The notes under the pieces are model-generated. The model did not search any database, was not told where the DNA came from, and saw nothing but the letters and a program-made list of their open reading frames with translations. From NCBI GenBank assembly GCA_963810935.1, contig CAWEPK010000012.1:128001-192000 (forward strand): 64,000 nt of DNA, in the 5' to 3' direction. Position numbers and translations under genes: made by a program. Positions within the stretch are counted from its first letter, which is position 1. Every line of letters begins with the position of its first letter. This DNA is from an uncultured delta proteobacterium. GTDB lineage: Bacteria; Desulfobacterota; Syntrophorhabdia; Syntrophorhabdales; WCHB1-27. Positions 29,542 through 41,308 of this stretch are shown here, in pieces.

Positions 29542-30288
29542 TTAATCCGCGACTTTCTTCAGCAGAAATTCGCGCAGCCTGCCCGCCCCTGCCTTCAGCT
29601 CGTTCCCCCGAAACCCGCTCTGCCACCCTCCCGCGCCGACGAGGTCCGATACCACCAGGAACGCGACGCCGCGCAGCCCCTTGTGGCTGCACACCGCGTA
29701 CAGTGACGCCGCCTCCATGTCCACCCCTATTACGCCTTCTTCCGCATACCTTGCGACCTTGTCCGCCGTCTCCCTGTAGATCGCGTCGGTGGTCCACACG
29801 CACCCCGCGCGAAACCCCGCTTCATCCGCCTGTGCGCGCCACTCACCCGCCCACGCCGACGCGACAACCCTGTCCGCGCTTTCCAGGTAGTGCGCGGAGA
29901 CGCCCTCTTCCCGGACCGCCTCCGTCGCAAGGACGACGTCGCCCGGACGCACGCCGCCGCCGATCCCGCCGCAGTAGCCCCACAGGCAGAATTCCTCCGC
30001 GCCGAAGGCCGCAAGCTCCTCCACGAGTGCCGCCAGGGCAGGCCCGCCGACTGCTGATCGCGCCAGCACCGTGCCGCCCCCGGCCGTCTTGTAAAATCGC
30101 CGGAACGGCAGCCATGCCGCCACAGGCGCGGCGCCCGTGCGGCCGGCGAGCGCGGAAAGGTCGGCAGGGGTGAAAACGATCACCGCCCTTTTGGGGAGGT
30201 GCAATTCTTCCGGTCGTTTATTGGTGAACGCGATGACCAGGTCTTTTGCGGTCAGTACTGGCGCGGAGCCGTCAAAGAACCAGCTCAT
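29542..30288 (-). CDS. Nucleoside phosphorylase family protein (uridine/purine NP-I)
   Basis: GGPA..VEEL, GYCGG, AVREEGVSAHY, WTTDAIYRET, VDMEAA, VVSD. Confidence 0.85.
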   Translation of the reverse strand: MSWFFDGSAPVLTAKDLVIAFTNKRPEELHLPKRAVIVFTPADLSALAGRTGAAPVAAWLPFRRFYKTAGGGTVLARSAVGGPALAALVEELAAFGAEEFCLWGYCGGIGGGVRPGDVVLATEAVREEGVSAHYLESADRVVASAWAGEWRAQADEAGFRAGCVWTTDAIYRETADKVARYAEEGVIGVDMEAASLYAVCSHKGLRGVAFLVVSDLVGAGGWQSGFRGNELKAGAGRLREFLLKKVAD

Positions 30289-30763
30289 GCACCTTTTCCT
30301 TGAGCCTCCTGTATGATTCGTAAAGGTGCTCGGAGATAACCTTCGTCTCTCCTATAGCGGGCATGAAATTGGTGTCGCCGACCCAGCGCGGGACGACGTG
30401 GATGTGGATATGCTCTTCGAGGCCGGCGCCCGCCGCCTTGCCATTGTTGATCCCTATGTTAAGGCCCTGGGCGCCGAACGACTGTCGGAGGGCGGACGAG
30501 ACGATGCGGACGAGGCCCATCAAATCGAGCGTCTCCTCATCAGTTATCTCTTCGATACTGCCGACGTGACGGCAGGGCACGACCATAACGTGCCCGTTTG
30601 CATAAGGGTAGCGGTTCATGACGGCAAAGGCGAGACCTTTGCGCAGGAGCACCAGCGCGGAATCGTCGTCTTTCGGCTCGATGCATAGGAAGCATGCATG
30701 CCTGTCTGTCTTGGGCGGGGCAGCGATATATTCCATCCTCCATGGCGCCCATATCCTCTTCAT
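30272..30763 (-). CDS. HIT family hydrolase (Ap4A hydrolase/phosphorylase-like)
   Basis: WAPWRMEYI, CFLC, NRYPYANGH, GINNGKAAGAG, HIHIHVVPRW.GDTNFM. Confidence 0.9.
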   Translation of the reverse strand: MKRIWAPWRMEYIAAPPKTDRHACFLCIEPKDDDSALVLLRKGLAFAVMNRYPYANGHVMVVPCRHVGSIEEITDEETLDLMGLVRIVSSALRQSFGAQGLNIGINNGKAAGAGLEEHIHIHVVPRWVGDTNFMPAIGETKVISEHLYESYRRLKEKVHELVL

Positions 30764-30765
30764 CT

Positions 30766-31278
30766 TTAGTCCCTCATGAATACGAAGTCCTTCCAGTAAT
30801 CGGGGTAGCCCCCAGCACCCAGGCCCAGCATGAGCACATGCGTCCCGCTCGGCCGGCCCGGCTTCTTCAGCGGTATCATGGCCGCCTCTTCCGGGAGTCT
30901 ATCGCCCTTTTTATGATTGCAGTAAATACATGAAGTTACGATGTTCGACCACTCGGTCAGGCCGCCCCTCGACCTAGGTGTGATATGGTCGCACGTCAGG
31001 TGCTTGGCGTCGAACCGCTCGCCGCAGTACTGGCAGGTGTAATTGTCGCGGAGGAAGACGTTTTTCCGGGAGAACCGCACGCGGAGTTTTTTGGGGCGGA
31101 CGAAGGTGAGAAGCCTTACGACAGCCGGCAAGCGGACCCGCATAGAGACACTACGCACCTCACGATCATACTCCCGGATTACCTCGACCTTTTCAAGGAA
31201 CAGGAGCGTAACCGCCTTTTTCCACGAAACCACGCCGAGAGGCTCAAACGTGGTATTGAGAAGCAGCGTCCGGTCCAT
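30766..31278 (-). CDS. HNH endonuclease (HNH_5/McrA-like)
   Basis: LLLN..EPL, FSRKNVFLRDNYTCQYCG, DHITPRSRGG..W.NIVTSCIYCNHKKG. Confidence 0.9.
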   Translation of the reverse strand: MDRTLLLNTTFEPLGVVSWKKAVTLLFLEKVEVIREYDREVRSVSMRVRLPAVVRLLTFVRPKKLRVRFSRKNVFLRDNYTCQYCGERFDAKHLTCDHITPRSRGGLTEWSNIVTSCIYCNHKKGDRLPEEAAMIPLKKPGRPSGTHVLMLGLGAGGYPDYWKDFVFMRD

Positions 31279-31385
31279 GAACGTATTGACAATAACGCTT
31301 TTGAGGGCCGGTTGTCAAGGGATGGTTGGGCGGGGGTGGGCGGTATGTGAGGACTCGCCTTCCGGCAGATTCGATGCCAGACCGG

Positions 31386-31616
31386 CTATTTTTCGATCAG
31401 GTCGAGAAACTCGTCTTTCGATAGATCAATGTCTCTCATGACTTTCGAGAAGAGCCCCGGTCCAACCGTTTCCTTGGCATGAACGGGGACAACCGTCGCC
31501 CTTCCGTCCGGGTGTTTCATGAAGACGTGGCTCCCCCTATGCCTTTCTATCGTAAAACCGATTTTTCTGAGCATTGAGACGAGATCAGCGCCCGTGACGG
31601 CGGGAAGGTTGCTCAT
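31386..31616 (-). CDS. hicA: HicA family toxin (mRNA interferase)
   Basis: 76 aa, GF..RHRGSHVFMKHPDGRATVVPVH..GPGL. Confidence 0.9.
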   Translation of the reverse strand: MSNLPAVTGADLVSMLRKIGFTIERHRGSHVFMKHPDGRATVVPVHAKETVGPGLFSKVMRDIDLSKDEFLDLIEK

Positions 31617-31822
31617 ACGGCGACTTTTTGAATCCCTATGAATTCCATAGCCGGCGCGTCTTCTCCGTAAACCTCAAGACAAAGCCGGATCGCTTCCCTG
31701 ACCCTTTCGAGAAGTTCATCAAGAGAGCGTGCCTGCGTGTGGCATCCCTTCAATTCCGGAACGTCCGCCACATAATATCCTTCTTCGTCCCGTTCTATAA
31801 GCACGGTAAACTGCCTCGCCAT
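31613..31822 (-). CDS. hicB: HicB family antitoxin (short form)
   Basis: FTVLIERDEEGYYVADVPELKGCHTQARSLDEL..EAI; GGAGG RBS; ATGA overlap with hicA. Confidence 0.9.
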   Translation of the reverse strand: MARQFTVLIERDEEGYYVADVPELKGCHTQARSLDELLERVREAIRLCLEVYGEDAPAMEFIGIQKVAV

Positions 31823-32021
31823 AGGAACCTCCGTATTCTTGCAATATATCAGATATACGGACATTGTCAACCTCGTAGTCTTTGTTATACTCCCTCGCCG
31901 TCATCCCTAAGCTATTCAGCATTTTACCGAAGGGGGCCGGGAGATTTTGGATGGAAAGGTCCCGGCCCCCCCACAAAAAATTGACAAACCAACCTGTGGG
32001 AACAATACTTAAACAAAGCTC

Positions 32022-32441
32022 ATGGATACGAACGGCGCACAGGCAGTACTATGGCCACTGGCCGCCTATGCGGCGGCGGTCGTGCTGCTCGCCGCCTTTA
32101 TGGTCGTCTCGTCGTATCTTCTCGGCCAGCGCCACATGGACGCGCAGACGGGTGAGCCGTACGAGTCGGGCATCAGGCCCACAGGCACGGCCTGGATCCA
32201 TTTCGACGTTAAGTATTACCTGATCGCCATGTTCTTTGTGGTCTTCGACGTCGAGAGCGTCTTCATTTACGCGTGGGCCGTCGAGCTGCGCGAGGCCGGC
32301 TGGCCGGGGTTTACCGCGATGTCCGTTTTCGTGGGGCTGCTCCTTGCCGCCCTCGCCTACCTGTGGCGTATGGGCGCTCTCGACTGGGCCGTTTACGGAA
32401 AACGCGAAAGGCAGGCGGCCGTGGGAACAAGGCACATATGA
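32022..32441 (+). CDS. nuoA: NADH-quinone oxidoreductase subunit A
   Basis: EPYESGI, KYYLIAMFFVVFDVE, W..GALDW. Confidence 0.95.
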   Translation: MDTNGAQAVLWPLAAYAAAVVLLAAFMVVSSYLLGQRHMDAQTGEPYESGIRPTGTAWIHFDVKYYLIAMFFVVFDVESVFIYAWAVELREAGWPGFTAMSVFVGLLLAALAYLWRMGALDWAVYGKRERQAAVGTRHI

Positions 32442-32453
32442 AGGAGGTCCTGG

Positions 32454-33059
32454 GTGGATGTAAAGAAGAATATGCCCCCTGTAGACAGCGGGGCCGCCCC
32501 AGGCGTCCTCCTCTCGCGGCTCTCCGACCTCGTCGCATGGGGTCGTAAGAACTCGCTCTGGCCCCTCAACTTCGGCTCGTCCTGCTGCTACATAGAGATG
32601 GCGGCCGGCGTCACGCCCAGGCACGACATCGCCCGCTTCGGCGCCGAGGTGCTGCGTGGCAGCCCGCGCGAGGCGGACGTCCTCATCGTCGCAGGCACGG
32701 TCTTCAAAAAGATCGCACCCGTCATACAACGCCTTTACGAGCAGATGATGGAGCCCCGCTGGGTCATCTCGATGGGCGCCTGCGCAAACTCCGGCGGCAT
32801 GTACGACATCTACAGCGTAGTGCAGGGGGTGGACAGCTTCCTGCCCGTCGACGTCTACGTGCCCGGATGCCCGCCCCGGCCGGAAGCGCTCATGGAAGGG
32901 CTGCTCATGCTCCGCGAGGTCGTGCAGGGCGAGAAGCGGCCCCTTAGCTGGGTCGCAGGCGCACAAGGCGTCTCAAAGGCGGAGATGCCTTCCAGAAGGG
33001 AGATGACGCGGGCGGCGCGCAGGGCGCAAGGCCGTTTACGCCCGCCCGACGAGATATGA
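32454..33059 (+). CDS. nuoB: NADH-quinone oxidoreductase subunit B
   Basis: [41 protein letters not shown]. Confidence 0.95.
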   Translation: MDVKKNMPPVDSGAAPGVLLSRLSDLVAWGRKNSLWPLNFGSSCCYIEMAAGVTPRHDIARFGAEVLRGSPREADVLIVAGTVFKKIAPVIQRLYEQMMEPRWVISMGACANSGGMYDIYSVVQGVDSFLPVDVYVPGCPPRPEALMEGLLMLREVVQGEKRPLSWVAGAQGVSKAEMPSRREMTRAARRAQGRLRPPDEI

Positions 33060-34810
33060 ACGCGACCGCCGCCGACCCCGTCATAACAGAGCCTGGAAGG
33101 CCGCTTCGGGAAAGGCGCCCTTACCCCCCAGGCGACGAAGGACGGGCTTCCAACTCTCTGGGCGCCTGTCGCGTCTGCGGGCGACGTGCTCGCTTACCTG
33201 AAGAACGAGGCGGACCCGCCATACCGTATGCTCTGCGACCTGACCGCAATCGACGAGCGGACCAGGACGCACAAGCCCGGCCCGCCGGAGAGTGATTTCA
33301 CCGTCGTCTACCATCTCATGTCTTTCGGCCGCAACGCGGACGTCCGCATAAAGACCGGCCTTCGCGCAGGCGGTCTCTCGGTCCCGAGCGCCGTGAGCCT
33401 CTTCCCGAACGCAGGCTGGTACGAGCGCGAGGCGTTCGACATGTTCGGCATCGCATTTACGGGCCACCCGGACCTCCGGCGCATCCTGATGCCCCCGACC
33501 TGGGAGGGCCACCCCTTGCGCAAAGACCACCCCGCCAGGGCGACGGAGATGGGTCCCTTCGAGCTGCCCGAAGAGAAGGCGGACGCGGAACAGGAGGCCC
33601 TGCGGCTGCGTCCCGAGTCGTTCGGCATCACCCGCAGCAGGCGCGACACGGATTACATGTTCCTCAACTTCGGCCCGCACCATCCGGGCACGCACGGCAT
33701 CTTCCGCGTCATGCTCGAGCTGGACGGGGAGGAGATCGTCGGCGCTACGCCGGACATCGGCTACCACCACAGGGGCGCGGAAAAGATGGGCGAGCGCCAG
33801 TCCTGGCATACCTTTATCCCCTACACGGACCGCATTGACTACCTGGCGGGCGTAGCGAACGAGCTGCCCTACGTCCTCGCAGTCGAGCGCCTGGCAGGCA
33901 TCGAGGCGCCGGAGCGGGCGCAGGTGATAAGGGTCATGATGACAGAGCTTTTCCGCATCGCGAGCCATATCGTCTGGTACGGCACGTTCGCGCAGGACCT
34001 TGGCGCCCTTTCCCCTGTTTTCTACACGTTCGACGACAGGGAGGCGGTCTTCCGCGTGATAGAGGCGATTGCCGGCTATCGGATGCACCCCATCTGGTTC
34101 CGCATCGGCGGCGTGGCAGCCGACCTGCCGAAGGGATGGGACGGCCTCGTGCGCGACTTCCTCGCGTACATGCCGAAGCGGCTCAAGGAGTACGACACGA
34201 TTGTCATGAGGAACCGCATCGTCAAGGCGCGCACCATCGGCGTCGGCGCGATGACCCTGGACGATGCGGTCGAATGGGGCTACACCGGCCCGAATTTGCG
34301 GGCGTGCGGCATGGAGTGGGACTTCCGGAAGAAACGGCCCTACTCCGGCTACGAGCGGTTCACTTTTGACATACCCACGCGCAGCCGTGGCGACTGTTAC
34401 GACAGGGCCGCCGTCCGCGTGGAGGAGATGCGCCAGAGCCTGCGCATCATCGAACAGTGCCTCGAAAACATGCCGGGCGGGCCGTACAAGGCAGGCGAGA
34501 CGCGGGCCGTGCCGCCGCTGAAAGAGCGCACCATGCGCGACATAGAGACGCTCATCCACCATTTCCTGGAGGTAAGCTGGGGGCCGGTAGTTCCGCCGGG
34601 CGAGGCCACGGCAGGCACGGAGGGGCCGAAGGGCTACAGCAGCTACTACCTCGTGAGCGACGGCGAAACAGGCTCGTACAGGACGCGCATCAGGACGCCG
34701 TCGTTCGCCCATCTGCAAGCTGTTCCCTTCTTTGCCGGGGCGCTATGATTTCCGACTTGGTGGCGATACTGGGAAGCCTCGATTTTGTAATGGGAGACTG
34801 CGACCGCTGA
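33056..34810 (+). CDS. nuoC: Fused NADH-quinone oxidoreductase subunit C/D (apparent frameshifts near 33091 and 34728)
   Basis: [19 protein letters not shown] (C) continuous with [22 protein letters not shown] (D); C-terminal [13 protein letters not shown] in adjacent frame. Confidence 0.9.
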
Positions 34811-34811
34811 C

Positions 34812-35276
34812 ATGCTGAGCGATGACGAGATAAAAACAATCGAGGAAGCCGTCCGCATCTATCCCCATCGCCGGGCGGGGTGCGTTGAGGCGATGAAAGC
34901 AGTGCAGGAGAAACGCGGCTGGGTGCCGGACGAGGAGATCGCCGAGATCGCCGGTTTGCTGGGCATGACTGCGGACGAGCTCGATGCTGTGGCCACGTTC
35001 TATCCCTTCATTTTCAGAAAGCCGGTCGGCAGGCACGTCGTCTGCGTCTGCGACAGCATCGCCTGTTGGGTCATGGGACACGAGGCCGTGCTGGAGGCGC
35101 TCAAAAAACATCTGGGCGTGGACTTAGGCGGCACCACGGGAGACGGCCGGTTTACCCTGTTGCCGATCTCCTGCATCGGCGCATGCGACCGGGCGCCCGC
35201 CATCATGGTGGACGCCGACCTCCACGGGCCTGTCGCGCCGGACGGACTCGCGGACATACTGGGCAGGTACACATGA
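34812..35276 (+). CDS. nuoE: NADH-quinone oxidoreductase subunit E
   Basis: [20 protein letters not shown] 2Fe-2S ligands. Confidence 0.93.
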   Translation: MLSDDEIKTIEEAVRIYPHRRAGCVEAMKAVQEKRGWVPDEEIAEIAGLLGMTADELDAVATFYPFIFRKPVGRHVVCVCDSIACWVMGHEAVLEALKKHLGVDLGGTTGDGRFTLLPISCIGACDRAPAIMVDADLHGPVAPDGLADILGRYT

Positions 35277-36576
35277 GGGGCAGCACGGAGAAGCCGCTCA
35301 CAGGCGCAATGCGGCCGGACGGAAAGGCCCTGAGCCTCGCAGAATACGAAAAAACGGGCGGCTACGAAGCCCTCAAAAAAGTCCTGCGGCAAATGACGCC
35401 GAAAGAGGTGCAGGAAATCGTCAAGGCGGCCAACCTGCGCGGCCGTGGCGGCGCGGGGTTCCCGACAGGCGTAAAATGGGGATTCACGCCTATAGGCGAG
35501 GGGGCGCCGCGTCCCGAAGTTCCTCATCTCCAACTCGGACGAGATGGAGCCGGGGGCCTTCAAGGACCGCGTGCTTATGGAAGGCAACCCCCACCAGTTG
35601 ATCGAGGGGATGATCATAGCCGCTTACGCAATAGAGGCGGAGAACCGCCTACGTCTTCTTGCGATGGGGCTACGGCGCATCCGGCCGCCGGATCGCGGCA
35701 GCCATAAGGGAGGCATACGAGGCGGGCTACCTCGGCCCGTCCGTCGCAGGGTCGCGCTACGCGCTCGAAATGCACGTCCACGTGAGCGCAGGCCGCTATA
35801 TCTGCGGAGAAGAGACGGCTTTGCTCAACGCCCTCGAAGGGAAGCGGGCTATCCCAAGGGCCAAGCCCCCCTTCCCCGGCACTAACGGCCTGTGGGGGAA
35901 GCCGACCGTAGTCAACAACGCGGAGACCCTCGCGAATGTCCCCCATATCGTGAGGCACGGTCCGGAGTGGTACAAGGGCCTGAGTCTGTCGGACGACGGA
36001 GGCACGAAGGTCTACGCGGTGTCCGGGCGCGTGAAAAGGCCGGGCTGGTGGGAGCTGCCGATGGGGACGACGATACGGGAGCTTCTCGAAGAGCACGCGG
36101 GGGGCATGGTCGAAGGATACGCCGCGAAGGGCGTTATCCCCGGCGGCGGCTCGACGGAGTTCGTCCTGCCCGACCTTTTCGATACGCCCATGACTTTCGA
36201 CGTCATGGAAAAACAGGCGGGCAGCCGCATGGGGACGGGCACAATGATCGTCCTGGACGATGCGACCTGCCCAATCGGCATGGTCCGCAACCTCGAGGAG
36301 TTTTTTGCCCGCGAGTCGTGCGGCTGGTGCACCCCCTGCCGTGACGGCCTGCCCTGGATCGCCCGCATCCTGGGAGACATCGAGGAAGGCAGAGGGCGGC
36401 CCGAAGACCTGGAGGTCCTGGCCGACCACGCGTTGTCGCTCAGGATGGGCCGCACCTATTGTGCCCTCGCGCCGGGCGCGATAGAGCCGCTGGCGAGCGC
36501 GTTGAAGCTTTTCAAAGCAGAGTTCATCCGTCACATCGAAGAGAAAAGGTGCCCGTACAGGCATCGGGGCACATAG
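35273..36576 (+). CDS. nuoF: NADH-quinone oxidoreductase subunit F (apparent frameshifts near 35513 and 35645)
   Basis: [54 protein letters not shown]. Confidence 0.9.
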
Positions 36577-36578
36577 CT

Positions 36579-39300
36579 ATGGCGACGATTTATATAGATA
36601 AAAAACCATACGAGGCAAAGGCGGGCGAGAACCTCCTGAAGACGTGCCTCGGCCTCGGGCTCGACCTGCCTTATTTCTGCTGGCACCCTGCCCTGCACTC
36701 CGTAGGCGCATGCCGCCAGTGCGCAGTGAAGCAGTTCAAGGACGAGCACGACACGGCGGGCCGCATCGTCATGGCCTGCCTTACGCCGGTCGAAAACGGG
36801 ATGCATATCTCCATCGACGACCCGGAGGCGAAGCGCTTCCGGCAAGGCGTCATCGAGTGGCTGATGACGAACCACCCCCACGACTGCCCGGTATGCGACG
36901 AAGGCGGCGAATGCCACCTCCAGGACATGACTGTGATGACGGGCCATTCGTACCGCAGGTATCGCGGCAAGAAGCGCACGTTCCCACACCAGGACCTCGG
37001 GCCGCTCCTCACGCACGAGATGAACAGGTGCATCGCGTGCTACAGGTGCACGCGGTTTTACAACGATTACGCGGGAGGCCGCGATTTCGGCGCTTTCGCG
37101 TCGCGCAACCGCGTCTTCTTCGGCCGCGCCGCTGCCGGCACCCTCGAAAGCCCCTTCGCCGGGAACCTCGCCGAGGTCTGCCCGACGGGTGTCTTTGACG
37201 ATAAGACTTTCTCGCGCCATTATACGCGCAAGTGGGACTTGCGCACTGCCCCGTCCGTCTGCGTCCACTGCGGCCTCGGGTGCAATACGATCCCAGGAGA
37301 GCGACTACGGCAGCCTGCGGCGTATTCGCAACAGGTACAACGGGTCGGTAAACGGCTATTTCCTCTGCGACAGGGGAAGGTACGGCTATGCGTTCGTCAA
37401 CGGCGAAAGGCGCATCCGCGAGCCGCGCCTGAGGCGCGAGAAAGCGCTGGGCCTCCATCCGGTATCCGCCGAAGAGGCGGTTTCCGCTGTCGCCGGGATA
37501 TTGGCGTCGGCCGGGCGCGTAGTCGGCATCGGCTCTCCGAGGGCTTCATTGGAGGCTAACTTCGCCCTCCGTACGCTTGTCGGCCCTGACGCCTTTTATG
37601 CAGGCGTCGCGGAAGACGAATGGAAATGCCTATCCCTGGCCGCAGAGTCGATGCAGCGGGAGGGCGCGCTCGCCCCGAGCCTTTCCGATATCGCCCGATG
37701 CGACGCGGTGCTCATTCTCGGCGAGGACATTTCGAATACTGCACCCATGCTCCATTTGCAGGTCTTGCAGTCGCAGCGCGTTTCGGCAATCGAAACCGCC
37801 GCAAAATTCCATATACACGAATGGGACGACACGGCAGTGCGCGTTGCGGCGGGCGGCGCGCGCAGTCCCCTCTTTATCGCAACGACGGGCGCGACTGACC
37901 TGGACGGCCGTGCGACTGCCACCTTCCGCTCGGCCCCGGCAGGCCTCGCCCGCACGGGCATGCACGCAGCGCACCTGATCGACGAAAGCGCACCGCCTGT
38001 TCCCGACCTTGGGGCTTCGGCCTCCCGCTTCGCCTCAGATGCGGCCTCGGCGCTCATCGCGGCCAAACGGCCTGTCATTATTACGGGGCCCGGCAGCCGG
38101 GACACACGCGTTATGGAGGCGGCTGCGAACATCGTATGCGCCCTGCGCAGGGCAGGCAAAGAAGCCTATTTCTGCCTTGCCGGCCACGAATGCAACAGCG
38201 CGGGCCTCGCCCTTATGGCGGACAAGGGCCTCGACCGGGCCGTAGCCGATGCGGAAGGCAGGGACGACGCAGTCGCCGTTATCCTGGAGAATGACTTATA
38301 CAGGCGCATGGACGCAGCCAGCCTCGAGCGTTTCTTCGGCGCGTTTCGCCATGTGATAGCGATCGACCATACCTTCCACCGGACGCTCCTTCGCGCAGAC
38401 GCGGCCCTTCCTGCGGCCACCTTTGCCGAAGGCAACGGGACGTTCGTCAACAATGAAGGCAGGGCGCAGCGCGCATTTCAGGTATTCCCTGCGCAAGGCG
38501 ACGTGCGGGAAAGCCGGCGATGGATTAAGGACGTCATGGACCGCATGGGGCGGCCGGAATCCGCTCGCTGGACTGGCCTAGACGGCCTTCTCGCGCATAT
38601 GGCCGAGGCGCTGCCGATCCTTGCCCCGGCGCTTCTTGCGGCCCCGTCCGCTTCCCTCCGCATAGCAGGCATGAAGGTCGCCCGCGAGGCGTCGCGATAC
38701 AGCGGAAGGACGGCGATGGACGCAGACAGGGCAATCCACGAGCCAAAGCCGTCTTCCGATAGCGATGCGCCTTTCACGTTTTCGATGGAAGGCTATCAGG
38801 GCGCGCCTCCGTCCGCCCTCATTCCGCGCTTCCGCGCGCCGGGCTGGAACTCTGCCCAGGCAGTCAGCAAATTCCAGCAGGAGATCGGCGGCCCCTTAGC
38901 CGGAGGCGACCCCGGCGTCCGACTGTTCGACGCGTCCGGGCCGGACGGCAACACACGTTATGTGACAGACGTGCCGGAACCCTTCGTCCCCAAAGACGGC
39001 CTCTTTCTCGTCGCGCCCTTCTATCACGTATTCGGCTCGGACGAGATGTCCCTCATGACGCCGGAGGTCAGGGAGCTGGCCCCGACGCCGTATGTAGCCC
39101 TTTGCGGGAAAGACATGGCGCGCCTGCACCTATCGAACAATGATGCGGCCGTGCTGACCGTCGGCGGTTCTTCTTTCAGGCTGGCAGTGAGAATGCACCC
39201 GGAGCTGCCGCCCGGCGTCGCCGCCGTTGCCCACGGCCTGCCGGACGCCCCGGTGATCGAATTTCCCGCCTGGGCGGAAGTGAAGAAGGCAGCGCCATGA
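36579..39300 (+). CDS. nuoG: NADH-quinone oxidoreductase subunit G, long form (apparent frameshift near 37303)
   Basis: [55 protein letters not shown]. Confidence 0.9.
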
Positions 39301-40253
39301 TACAGGTCGTCATTCACCTCGTCATCGTCATCGCAGTGATAGCCGTCGTGCTCGGCATCGCCGCAAACCTCATCTGGCTGGAACGCAGGCTCCTCGGCCT
39401 CTTCCAGGACCGATACGGGCCGAACAGGGTCGGCCCCTTCGGGCTCATGCAGCCCATCGCGGACATGGTCAAGATCTTCTTCAAGGAAGACTGGATACCA
39501 CCGTTCGCTGACAAGCCCGTCTTCGTCATCGCCCCTGCCGCAATCATCGTAACCGTGCTGATGGGCTTCGCCGTGGTCCCCTTCGCGCCGGGTATCGTGG
39601 CTGTCAGGCTCAACGTGGGCCTGCTTTTCTTCCTCGCCTTTTCATCACTCGGCGTTTACAGCATAGCCCTGGCCGGCTGGTCGTCCGGCAGCAAGTACGC
39701 GCTGCTCGGGGCCTTGCGGGGTGTCGCCCAGATGCTCAGCTATGAAGTTTTCATGGGGCTGTCGCTCGTCGGCGTAGTGATGATCGCAGGCTCCTTCGAC
39801 CTTTCCGCAATCGTGGATGCGCAACGGCGCGTCTGGTTCGTCATCCCCCAGATCGTAGGTTTCATGGCCTTCCTGATAGGCGGCGTGGCAGAGACGCGGC
39901 GCCTGCCCTTCGACCTGCCGGAGGCGGAGGCGGAGCTTGTCGCAGGGTATCACACGGAATATTCCTCCCTCAAATTCGGCATGTTCTTTGTCGGCGAATA
40001 TATGGGCGTCACTCTGGTGAGCGCGTTCATTACGCTCCTTTTCTTCGGCGGATGGCACGGTCCTTTCCTGCCCGGCATCGTCTGGTTTTTCATAAAGACC
40101 TTCGCCTTCGTCTGCCTTTTCATTTTGATGCGGGCGGCCCTTGCGCGGCCCCGCTACGACAGGCTAATGGCGTTCGCATGGAAGGTCCTTTTGCCCGTAT
40201 CGCTCGCCAACCTGCTGGCTACGGCGGCGATAACGCTCGCGTTTTTCCGGTGA
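39297..40253 (+). CDS. nuoH: NADH-quinone oxidoreductase subunit H
   Basis: ERR..QDRYGPNRVGPFG, SKYALLGALR, RLPFDLPEAEAELVAGYHTEYS. Confidence 0.96.
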   Translation: MIQVVIHLVIVIAVIAVVLGIAANLIWLERRLLGLFQDRYGPNRVGPFGLMQPIADMVKIFFKEDWIPPFADKPVFVIAPAAIIVTVLMGFAVVPFAPGIVAVRLNVGLLFFLAFSSLGVYSIALAGWSSGSKYALLGALRGVAQMLSYEVFMGLSLVGVVMIAGSFDLSAIVDAQRRVWFVIPQIVGFMAFLIGGVAETRRLPFDLPEAEAELVAGYHTEYSSLKFGMFFVGEYMGVTLVSAFITLLFFGGWHGPFLPGIVWFFIKTFAFVCLFILMRAALARPRYDRLMAFAWKVLLPVSLANLLATAAITLAFFR

Positions 40254-40259
40254 TGGCGC

Positions 40260-40775
40260 ATGTGGAGCATAATTAAAACCCTGTTCGCGGTCTTCCTTCA
40301 CGCCTTTCACAGGCGCTCGACCGTGCAATACCCGGAGGTCAAGCCGCGTCTGCCTGCGCGCTGGCGCGGGAGGATCGTCCTTACCCGCGACCCGTCGGGG
40401 GACGAGCGGTGCGTCGCCTGCTACCTCTGCGCGGCGGCCTGCCCCGTGGACTGCATAGCCTTACAGGCAGCCGAAAGGGAAGACGGGCGGCGCTATCCGG
40501 CATTCTTCCGCATCAATTTTTCACGGTGCATCTTCTGCGGGTTCTGCGAGGAGGCCTGCCCGACGTATGCCATCCAGCTCACGCCTGATTTCGAGATGGG
40601 CGAATGGCGCAGGCAGGACCTCGTTTACGAAAAAGAAGACCTTTTGATCGACGGGCCGGGCAAGTACCACGAATACGATTTCTACAAGGTGGCGGGCGTT
40701 TCGATCCGCGGCAAGGTGGCCGGAGAGGGCACAGAAGACGAGCCGCCCTCCGACATAAAGGACCTCTTGCCATGA
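40260..40775 (+). CDS. nuoI: NADH-quinone oxidoreductase subunit I
   Basis: [31 protein letters not shown]. Confidence 0.96.
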   Translation: MWSIIKTLFAVFLHAFHRRSTVQYPEVKPRLPARWRGRIVLTRDPSGDERCVACYLCAAACPVDCIALQAAEREDGRRYPAFFRINFSRCIFCGFCEEACPTYAIQLTPDFEMGEWRRQDLVYEKEDLLIDGPGKYHEYDFYKVAGVSIRGKVAGEGTEDEPPSDIKDLLP

Positions 40776-40790
40776 GGGGGAGCAGATAGA

Positions 40791-41308
40791 GTGGGCAATT
40801 ACGCGTTTTATATCCCGGCGGCAGTCGCGATAGCCGCTACCTTCATGGTAGTGACGAGCGGCAACGCGATCCATGCGTTGCTTTACCTCGTAGTATCGCT
40901 GCTTGCCGCGGCGGTCGTGCTTCTCGTCGCGGGCGCGCCCTTCGCCGCGGCCCTCGAAGTGATTATTTACGCAGGGGCGATCATGGTGCTCTTCATCTTC
41001 GTCATCATGATACTGGGCAGGGGGCCGCGGAAGCTGCGCACAGGGCCGCCCCCGGCAGCCTGGATCGGCCCCGGCATCCTGGCCGCCATCCTCGCAGCAG
41101 AGCTTGCGTACCTCGAAGCTAAAGGCGGCGCGGCAATGGGCGGGGCCGGGGTTGCACCGGCAGCGGTGGGCGCGTCTTTGATGGGAACGTACCTTCTCGG
41201 CGTCGAACTTGCCTCGGTGCTCCTTCTTGTCGGCCTTATAGGCGCGTTCCATCTGGGATACCGCCTCGGGTTAGAGGAGACACCGCGGATGACGGAGGCG
41301 GGCCATGA
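40791..41308 (+). CDS. nuoJ: NADH-quinone oxidoreductase subunit J (3' end uncertain; reads through into nuoK, probable frameshift near 41270)
   Basis: N.IHALLYL, EVIIYAGAIMVLF.FV.M, VELASVLLLVGLIGA. Confidence 0.85.
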
